From a virus: 64,000 nt of DNA. Under the pieces are notes generated by a model. It made no database searches. It saw only the letters and a list, made by a program, of their open reading frames with translations, and was not told the origin of the DNA. The translations under genes were made by a program, and so were the position numbers. Below are positions 55,701 to 62,442 of the stretch, in pieces (position 1 is the first letter of the stretch; every line of letters starts with the position of its first letter). The stretch spans positions 31,823-95,822 of the IMG/VR virus record IMGVR_UViG_3300042922_000911. One strand, given 5' to 3'.

Positions 55701-58700
55701 CAGGGCCGAGAACCACAAGGCCTACATCGCCCGCGCCCTCGAGCGGGGCGAGAACGTGCCTGACCACGTTCTTTCCGAGCATGGCAACTACGGCCACGAC
55801 GCCAAGGCGGCGATCGCCGAGGCCAAGCAGCCCATGAGCGCCGAGGCCCGCAAGGAAATGGAGGCCGAAGAGCGCCGCATGGGCGCGGCTATGCGTCGCG
55901 GCGGCGGCAGCGGCCCGCGCAAGCCGCGCGGCGAGGCCGCGAAGCTGACGAAGGCGCTCGGCTACTCGACGCTTTCGCCCTTCACCGACATGTTCCTCGA
56001 CATGGTGAAGGCCATGGTCAAGCAGCACACCCGCCGGTCGAAGAGCGGTCAGACCTACGTCGTCAAGGAACACCACCGCAAGACCCTCACGAAGAGCGAG
56101 CGCGAGGATCTGGTGAAGCACCTGGCCGCGAAGCTCGGCGAGGGCGCTCACCCCAAGATCAAGACGGCCGCCGGTGCGATTCGCGCCGCCAAGGCCCTGT
56201 CGAAGCACACCGGCAAGGCCGTTCACGCCTTCAAGGGCGAGGACGGGCATTACCGCGTGTCGCACGACGCCGACCACGCGGGCAAGCACCGCAAGGTCGT
56301 GACCGCGCACGGCGGCAAGGCGATCATCACCGACACCCAGACCAAGGAAGCCCGCGAGCTGCGGAAGACCGATTACATGCCCCTGCATGCGATCCACCCG
56401 AAGCACCTCACGCCGGATGAGGTCGTGAAGCAGCGCGCCCAGATCCGCGAGCGCATCGAGCAGGGCAAGGGCGTGAAGGCCCACGTCCTCGACGCGCACA
56501 AGGACCTCAAGCGGCACAAGGCCCGCCGCGACCAGGCGCAGATGAAGGCCGCGAGCTACCTCAAGGAATCGAAGGCCCGCGCCGCGGCCCTGCGCGCCGA
56601 GAAGAAGCAGGCCAAAGAAGCCGCGCAGCTCTCGGCCGAGCAGAAGAAGGGTTTCGAGAAGGTCGCCGAGCAGTTCATGGCCGACGAGCGCAAGGCCTTC
56701 CCCGACATGGAACACGACGAGCTCGTTGCTCGAGCGACCCGCTCCCTGATGGACGCCACCAAGGACGCCGATCACCCCGGCATCCATGACGCCGTGGCGC
56801 ACGCCATCGAACACATCAAGGGCATGAAGCCCAAGAAGCTGACCCCGAAGCCGAAGACGGCCCCCGGCGAGTTTGCTGCGGCCGAGCCGACGGCGGCCGA
56901 GAAGAACCGCTCGATGCTCGACCGCGCGAAGGGCGTGACCGACTTGCTCGCCGAGCTGGACAAGCACGGCGTTCGCATGTCGCGCGTCGAGCAGCGCGCC
57001 GTCGAGCAGGGGAACGCCGTGGCGATCGCCACCGTGCGCGCCCGGCTCGAGAAGGTCAAGGCCAAGGCCGCGAAGGGCCAGGCCCCGGCCGCGCCCGCCG
57101 AGGCCCCCGGCAGCGGCAAGGCGGCGGCCGAGGCCGACAACGCCAAGCGCCGCAAGCCGAAGTCTGTGTCCCTCGCGAACGTCGAGGTCGGCGATACCCT
57201 GGTTGCGACCAAAGACAGCATTGCGGGCGATCGCGGCACCCTGTTCACCGTGACCGGAACCGACCAGGAAGGTCACATTTCGTACCGCTCCCACGACACC
57301 GGCTCGGTCATGACCGCCAAGCCGGAAGACCTCAAGCGCATTGGCGTCCAACACCAGCAGACCGACGACGGCCCCACGTTTGAGCAGGCGAAGGCCAAGC
57401 AGGCCATGACCGGCAAGGAAGCCGCCGAGGCCGACAATGCGGCCGACAAGGACGAACACGGGCTCAATTCGGCGCAGCGCGCCGCCGTCGAGCGCCTGAC
57501 GGCCCGTGCGGCCGAAATGGGCTCGACCCCGATCGCCCTGGTTCGCAGCAACACCGGGCAATTGCGCTGGATGACCCAATCGGCGCACGGCAACCATGTC
57601 ATGTCGGTCGTCCTGTTCGACAACGGCGAAACGTCGGGCGGCGGCACCCGCGTCATTGGGCCGAACGACACCGTTCTGATCGACTACAAGAAGGGCGAAG
57701 AGCCCGCGAGCGGCAAGAAGCCGGGCGCGCAGCCGGGCAACGACAACGCCAAGAAAGACGGCGCGACCGAAGACGACAAGGCTTTCGGCCCCAACAAGGG
57801 CAAGACGCTCGCCGAGCTGCCCCCGAAGGTCGGCGATCTGATTTACAGCGCCCCCGACAACCCCGAAGACGGCGTGCTGATGGTTACGGGCATCAAGCCG
57901 GGCGGCTACGTGACGGCCGTCGCCGTGTCGCCGTTCAACCCCAACGATGGGTATGACCTCGGCTTCAACACCAACGTCCATTACAGCACCGAATCGGATC
58001 ACGCCGTCTTCGCCCCGGCCGAGCTGGCCGACCTCGCGCACACCGGCCGTCAGGCGAAGGACGTGCAAGCGGTTCTCAAGAAGGCCCCCAAGCTCGACCC
58101 CGCCGACATGGCGAGCGCCGAGCGTGCCCAGGCTCGCGCCGAGCGCGCGGGCGGTGCCCCCGCGGCCCCGGCCGCGCCCGCAGCCCCGGCCCCCGCGCCT
58201 GTGGCCCCGGCCGCGCCGGCCGCGAGCGTCAGCAACCCCCTCGGCCTGGTGCGCCGGAACGAGGCGCTGAACGGCATCGAAGTCCAGTTCTACGAGAAGC
58301 CCCACGCCGACACGCTCGCGGGGCTCAAGGCCGCTGGCTTCCGTTGGCACAAGGTTCAAAAGGTCTGGTACGCCAAGCACTCGCCCGAGCGTGAGGACGC
58401 GGCGCACCTCGCCACCGGCGGGCAGCTCCCGTCGATGAAGCAGACCCCCACGGCCGCGACCGGCGACGAGGACACCGGCCGCAACCCCGGCGGTCAGCCC
58501 GGCAACCAGAACGCCTACAAGGGCGGGCCGAAGGACGAACCCACCTCGAGCAAGGCCCCGGCCGCGCCCGACGAGCCCGCTCACCTGTTCCCGACGCACT
58601 CCGACGACATTCCCGCCGCGAAGGGCGTCACCAGCGAGAGCGTGCATACCGTTCGCCCGCGCTACAACAACGAGCGCATCAAGGTTCGCGCCGAGCGCGG

Positions 58701-61452
58701 CGGCTGGGACTACTACGAGTACCGCGACCCCGCGCACCCGCACGGCGCGACGTTCATGGACGTGGCCGGCGCGGCCAAGGGCCATTGGGAAACCTACGTG
58801 CCCGAGGACGTGAAGGCCAAGCACGAAGCCGACCAGGCCGAGAAGAAGGCCCAGGCCGACGAGCGCGCCGCGAAGCGTTTCGAGGTGCATGAGAACGACG
58901 GCAAGCACTTCGTCGTCCATGCGCCGTCGAAGACCATCATCGACCGGGGCGGTCACGCCACGAAGGAAGAGGCCGAGGGCCTGATCGACCGCCTGCGCGG
59001 CTCGCGCTTCGACGTGGATACGGCCCCCGAGCAATGGATGCCCTACTTGAACGCCGAGGGTAAGAAAGAGCTGGCCGAGCGCATTCGCCCCGGCAGCACC
59101 GCGCCGAAGGCCGAAGAGCCGAAGAAGGACGAGCCGAAGGCCCCCGAAGCGCCGAAAGCCGAGGAAGCCAAGCCCGAAGAGCCGAAGGCCAAGGCCCCGG
59201 CCAAGCCCAAGGCGAAGGCCGAGGGCGCTGCGAAGCCTGCCTCGAGCGAGCCGGCCGACACCGGCCGCGACGCCGAGCGGGCCAAGCTGAAAGAGGCCGT
59301 CGAGAAGGCCGAGGCGGCTTACAGGGACTTCCATTGGGCCTACCCCGGCACCGTGAAGAAAGAAGTCGGCGTGCCCCTGTGGGAGGCGGTCGAGAAGGCT
59401 CGCGCCGCGCTCTCGCGCTTCGATCACCCCGAGAAGGACAAGTCGCACCTCGATTACAAGGACGTGGGCGAGAAGATCGGCGGCGCGCGCAAGGACACCT
59501 GGCGCTCGATCGAGGCCGGTGATTCGACGTACAGCACGATCGATTGGGATTCGCTCGACGAAGAGCCCGACCAGGCGCAGCGGGTGATCACCCGTAGCAA
59601 CCTGCTCGCGCACTCGACCCCGCAGCACATGAAGGACGCCGGCCGACACGCGGGCGTCGCGTACCTGACGCACCACATTCTCATGGCGATCGCCCAGAAG
59701 CCCGCCACCGACACCGCGGCAGCTCGTCGCGCCTACGCGAAGGGCGTCGAGTACGTGCAGCGGTCGCTTCAAAACGCCAACACCTTCCAAGACGTTGTGA
59801 ACGCCGTGAGCTCGATCCGCGACCAGGCGCGCGGCTACCACATGGAGCCGGATGAAAAGATGGAGCATGACCGCCTGAAAGCGGCGTCGAGCGAGGCTTA
59901 CAAGGTCTACAAGTCGTTCGATGCGGGCGTGAACGAGGCCTACCAGGCCTGGCAGGCGGCTGGCCATGCGGTCAACGAGATCAGGTACAACCGCCGTCTG
60001 AAAGACGAGGACAAGCGCGCCGCGCTCATGAAGCCGCTCGAGGTCGAAGCCGAGAAGGCCCGCGCCAAGTGGCAAGCCAAGCTCGACGAGAAGCGGCCCG
60101 CCGAGGCGGCTTACGATGCGGCTTCCAAGGCCTTCGGCGAGTTCGCCAAGGTTCTGCGCGATCGCGACGAGAAGAACCCCGAGGGCTGGAAGAACGCCAT
60201 CGGCATGCTCGGCGATCGCTTCGACACCATGCTCAAGGGCAAGGGCGCGGTCTGGGAGAAGCACAGCCCGCACGCGCAGCGCAAAGTCGCGGCCGACGAT
60301 TGGAGCTGGATGGAGAAGCAGGACGCCGCCGGCAACCCCGAATCGAAGACGCCGCGCGAGAAGAAGGAACGCACCCTTCCCGAGTGGGAGCGGTACGTTC
60401 CCGCCGAGGTCGAGCGCAGCGGCGGCGCTGACGTGGGGCCGGTGAAGCCCGAAGACCTCAAGGCGCGGTTCAACCTGCGCGCGGTCGAGTACGGCAACTA
60501 TGTCTCGCAGGACGAGGCCGCGCACCATACCAAGTGCGCCACCGAGGCCCTTCAAGACATGGCCGACGCCCTCGGCCTCGCGCCCGATCAGGTCAGCTAC
60601 GGTGGCCGCCTCGCGCTCGCCTTTGGCGCTCGCGGCAACGGCCACGGCCTCGCCCACTACGAGCCGGGCAAGAAGGTTATCAACATCACCAAGAACGCCG
60701 GTGGCGGCTCGCTCGCGCACGAATGGGGCCACTTCCTCGACAACATTCTCGCCCAGGTGGCGCATGAGGGCGAGGGCGGTCACAACAGCTTCGGCAGCCA
60801 CGGCAAGCACGGCCCCGCCATGCCCGAGAAGGTGATCCACGCCTTTGAAGAGCTGCGGAACGCCATGATGGCGGGCGACATCAAGCCCACGAAGGCCGTC
60901 AAGCCCGGCAACAAGCAGTACCGCGCACAGGCGGCGATCGACGAGATCATTGCCCAGGCTGGCGGTGACGGGCAAAAGGCCTACGACGCCATGGCCAAGA
61001 ACCCGCGCTTCGCCTACTACCTGGACAAGCCCAAGCACGCCAAGCAGTACGCCGAGTACGTCGCGACGAAGACCGGCCACACCATTCAGGTTCCCACGGG
61101 GGAGCCGGGCCGTTCCGTCTACCTGCACACGGCGACCGAGATGGGCAAGTATTGGGCGCTCGAGCATGAAATGTTCGCCCGCGCGTGGGAATCCTACGTT
61201 CAAGACAAGCTCGAGGCGAAGGGCATCCGTAACAGCTACCTCGTCAGCGGCACCGACATGACCAACGACTTCCGCGACCCCGACAGCAAGAAGGCCTCGG
61301 GATTCGCGTACCCGCAGGGCGAAGAGCGCCAGCGCACCAATGCGGCGTTCGACAAGCTCATGGACGCGGTGAAGGCGACCGGCATGTTGGAAAAGGCGAT
61401 CGCCCTCGCCGACGCCGACCAGGAGCTCGCGTGGTTCCTCGCTGGCGTGTAG
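52741..61452 (+). CDS. Giant polyvalent (probable internal head) protein: ParB/Srx-like domain, HExxH zincin and LPD1-like C-terminus
   Basis: YVVDGHQR ParB motif (~53.4-53.75 kb); LAFGARG...AHYEP...INITK..G.GSLAHEWGH.LD and YW...EMFARA.E.YV...YP.GEER (~60.5-61.4 kb). Confidence 0.8.
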   Translation: MSLAHNPFLRRMSATILALSVNLHQADEQDALEKALVDVKQHSRVTKSGKTVTVKQHQRAVLSGAEKTDVVHHLAQAMADKANGGRARIDHHGHALTAAHAIAKKTGKAVHVTSHKDGGFVLSHAAPKKAGVGSIAVHGDGKHVMHHPEHGKVELSRDHAAKVLKAKHRPVQVTAQAPSSEKAPAPEKPKKASAALAAVPVQPKKAIVHSEVPGGPKYASLHADEINVDANAYQFKDGGDQHGVTDRLKSVTSWDATSGLMNPILVHERADGTHYVVDGHQRTGLAKRLKEQGHDIPPLNAVIFKESDGYTVDEMKRIGALANIRQGTGTAVDIAKVMKVRAFDEHERATIPAGSNEDFKDGEAIASLSKEAFDYLTTAGVHKDPKKNAQFAAIVARKISDPKEQVAALRELKNDPPAGREECEDVVDELASEGFANKHVQRDIWGNEKQTESLAKPTAEIKATVRRMLESEKSALGNAVRHKARLEAAGNKIDEAANKKGYDAADTLSKVLKEFSGRNTQNEVKDAIKEAAKQYATGEISRKRAADRVVEALESFYAGHAGGGSGHSVPRSASAGPETLFEADTPIQVSSDQLGLLGGEASGAGVGSPGPAGMPAPAASERDQLEAAVAAKLGGAVPKEVGHVLDMAGNPDKVYAAIQLAEKRAAEYKNSRHEDERAMVDAYKHAAAAILDTPTFKARDSVMRAEDAKRAKIDNGKNAPAGKPTPPAPKGEPSVLDKLKAEMDTAQDAFVAKHMEDLKPHMRDELDHLEAKSSINAAFSANLTDAKRHDAVESVKRQFVAGVQGKGALTDADHTERGMRADAMKKQAAYHAASTAHDEARFKGGDAAGTKKAKEDAHAAWKDAENNLTRHLTGNKAPAASEAPKAGASADELHAAYQAAASKASRAMGRDSAAFEQHIGEANKHAEAYKQLTGKPVLHHGKDAGGDRPASKPQGPSLEGQKGSTPGAHEMTFSEYKNSIHAEIGGSRAENHKAYIARALERGENVPDHVLSEHGNYGHDAKAAIAEAKQPMSAEARKEMEAEERRMGAAMRRGGGSGPRKPRGEAAKLTKALGYSTLSPFTDMFLDMVKAMVKQHTRRSKSGQTYVVKEHHRKTLTKSEREDLVKHLAAKLGEGAHPKIKTAAGAIRAAKALSKHTGKAVHAFKGEDGHYRVSHDADHAGKHRKVVTAHGGKAIITDTQTKEARELRKTDYMPLHAIHPKHLTPDEVVKQRAQIRERIEQGKGVKAHVLDAHKDLKRHKARRDQAQMKAASYLKESKARAAALRAEKKQAKEAAQLSAEQKKGFEKVAEQFMADERKAFPDMEHDELVARATRSLMDATKDADHPGIHDAVAHAIEHIKGMKPKKLTPKPKTAPGEFAAAEPTAAEKNRSMLDRAKGVTDLLAELDKHGVRMSRVEQRAVEQGNAVAIATVRARLEKVKAKAAKGQAPAAPAEAPGSGKAAAEADNAKRRKPKSVSLANVEVGDTLVATKDSIAGDRGTLFTVTGTDQEGHISYRSHDTGSVMTAKPEDLKRIGVQHQQTDDGPTFEQAKAKQAMTGKEAAEADNAADKDEHGLNSAQRAAVERLTARAAEMGSTPIALVRSNTGQLRWMTQSAHGNHVMSVVLFDNGETSGGGTRVIGPNDTVLIDYKKGEEPASGKKPGAQPGNDNAKKDGATEDDKAFGPNKGKTLAELPPKVGDLIYSAPDNPEDGVLMVTGIKPGGYVTAVAVSPFNPNDGYDLGFNTNVHYSTESDHAVFAPAELADLAHTGRQAKDVQAVLKKAPKLDPADMASAERAQARAERAGGAPAAPAAPAAPAPAPVAPAAPAASVSNPLGLVRRNEALNGIEVQFYEKPHADTLAGLKAAGFRWHKVQKVWYAKHSPEREDAAHLATGGQLPSMKQTPTAATGDEDTGRNPGGQPGNQNAYKGGPKDEPTSSKAPAAPDEPAHLFPTHSDDIPAAKGVTSESVHTVRPRYNNERIKVRAERGGWDYYEYRDPAHPHGATFMDVAGAAKGHWETYVPEDVKAKHEADQAEKKAQADERAAKRFEVHENDGKHFVVHAPSKTIIDRGGHATKEEAEGLIDRLRGSRFDVDTAPEQWMPYLNAEGKKELAERIRPGSTAPKAEEPKKDEPKAPEAPKAEEAKPEEPKAKAPAKPKAKAEGAAKPASSEPADTGRDAERAKLKEAVEKAEAAYRDFHWAYPGTVKKEVGVPLWEAVEKARAALSRFDHPEKDKSHLDYKDVGEKIGGARKDTWRSIEAGDSTYSTIDWDSLDEEPDQAQRVITRSNLLAHSTPQHMKDAGRHAGVAYLTHHILMAIAQKPATDTAAARRAYAKGVEYVQRSLQNANTFQDVVNAVSSIRDQARGYHMEPDEKMEHDRLKAASSEAYKVYKSFDAGVNEAYQAWQAAGHAVNEIRYNRRLKDEDKRAALMKPLEVEAEKARAKWQAKLDEKRPAEAAYDAASKAFGEFAKVLRDRDEKNPEGWKNAIGMLGDRFDTMLKGKGAVWEKHSPHAQRKVAADDWSWMEKQDAAGNPESKTPREKKERTLPEWERYVPAEVERSGGADVGPVKPEDLKARFNLRAVEYGNYVSQDEAAHHTKCATEALQDMADALGLAPDQVSYGGRLALAFGARGNGHGLAHYEPGKKVINITKNAGGGSLAHEWGHFLDNILAQVAHEGEGGHNSFGSHGKHGPAMPEKVIHAFEELRNAMMAGDIKPTKAVKPGNKQYRAQAAIDEIIAQAGGDGQKAYDAMAKNPRFAYYLDKPKHAKQYAEYVATKTGHTIQVPTGEPGRSVYLHTATEMGKYWALEHEMFARAWESYVQDKLEAKGIRNSYLVSGTDMTNDFRDPDSKKASGFAYPQGEERQRTNAAFDKLMDAVKATGMLEKAIALADADQELAWFLAGV

Positions 61453-61453
61453 T

Positions 61454-61493
61454 GTCAGAAAAGCGGGGAGCTGCCGGGGTCGCCTGGTAGAAT
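61454..61493 (+). promoter_or_regulatory. Phage-specific promoter GTCAGAAA-N26-TAGAAT
   Basis: Conserved spacing; no ORF before the next terminator. Confidence 0.55.
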
Positions 61494-61548
61494 GCCCGCA
61501 CCCCTTTCGGCAGGGCGCAAGCCCGGCCGTGGAGCGAGCGAACCGAGA

Positions 61549-61580
61549 GCGGCCCGACAAGCGATTGTCGGGCCGTTTTC
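61549..61580 (+). terminator. Intrinsic terminator
   Basis: CGGCCCGACAA-GCGA-TTGTCGGGCCG-TTTT. Confidence 0.85.
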
Positions 61581-61601
61581 GCATTTATGAGAAAATAATG
61601 G

Positions 61602-61630
61602 TTGACTTTAGATTATTCTTACGTTAATAT
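61602..61630 (+). promoter_or_regulatory. Near-consensus sigma70 promoter
   Basis: TTGACT-N17-TAATAT with AT-rich UP-like tract upstream. Confidence 0.75.
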
Positions 61631-61636
61631 GAGCAA

Positions 61637-62030
61637 GTCGTCAGGACGTGCGGCACAGTCTCAGACGCTTCCCTTTCGGGGCGAGGCGGCGGGGAATGGG
61701 CCGGTGGTTCTCTCGACACCCGGCCGGGTTGGTGCCGTTTCCGCTTTCGGGCGGGCGTGGCGACCAGGGCGGGCAGCTCTCTCCCCTTCGGGCTTTTGTC
61801 GGTGGGGGCCGGGTTGTTCGCTTGAAGCTTCACCGCTTCCCCTGTCACTGGACCCCGTTTCCGGTTCTTCGGTGCCGGTCTTGGCGGTCCTCCCGATTCG
61901 GCCCCCCGTGAGGGGAGCTGAGAACGCCCGCGAGACTTCCGCCAGGTTGGCTCGCGGTGCTACCGACCCCCTCGATGCGTGTTGAGCCGCAAGGCCCGCT
62001 GCACCGGGGGGATTCTGGTATCTGTGCCCT
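61637..62030 (+). ncRNA. Large structured non-coding RNA of unknown class (~380-390 nt)
   Basis: Long-range closing helix, at least eight internal helices, UUCG/GNRA loops, many G-U pairs on + strand, own promoter, no credible ORF. Confidence 0.65.
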
Positions 62031-62031
62031 T

Positions 62032-62071
62032 GGCAGAAACGCGGCCTCGTCGCTTGGCTAAGTGCTACGAT
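62032..62071 (+). promoter_or_regulatory. Phage-specific promoter GGCAGAAA-N26-TACGAT
   Basis: Shares TGCTACGATCGCCCC with the 5936 site. Confidence 0.65.
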
Positions 62072-62095
62072 CGCCCCTACGAGGGGGCGTTGAGC

Positions 62096-62434
62096 ATGGC
62101 TGTCACCGAGATCGTCACCGACTTGCAGCTCGCCGACGGCACGAAAGCCCAAGGCGAGCTTTTGGCCGTTCCGTCAGAGGCCGTCACCACGCCCGACGGC
62201 GACACCTTCCTGCCCCGCGTCGCGCATTACGACGTGGTGGACGGCGTTGCGTACATGAAGGGCTCGACGACCGAGCGCATGACGCTGCCCTCGACGGCCG
62301 TCGGCACGCCTGCGGGCGTTGCGATCGCCCTGTCGTTCAAGGCCACCGGCGATCCGCGCACCATCCAGCTCGGCCGCTTCGTGATTCCCTCGAGCGACGA
62401 GCCGATCTTGTTCTCGGCGCTTGTGGCCGAGTAG
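62096..62434 (+). CDS. Fibre adaptor-like protein
   Basis: Aligns with the N-terminus of 62443 (TEIVTD..L.DGT...PDG.T.LPR...GSTTERM.LP). Confidence 0.65.
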   Translation: MAVTEIVTDLQLADGTKAQGELLAVPSEAVTTPDGDTFLPRVAHYDVVDGVAYMKGSTTERMTLPSTAVGTPAGVAIALSFKATGDPRTIQLGRFVIPSSDEPILFSALVAE

Positions 62435-62442
62435 GAGGCCCC

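Noticed and set aside
48374-61584. Minus-strand ORFs of 1388, 862 and 2374 aa
   Set aside because: Shadows of the two giant + strand genes, caused by codon bias
61637-62030. tmRNA, RNase P RNA or tRNA cluster; ORFs 61602-61985 and 61661-62152
   Set aside because: No tRNA-like ends, no GAGGAAAGUCC, no cloverleafs; the ORFs lack an RBS and phage codon bias
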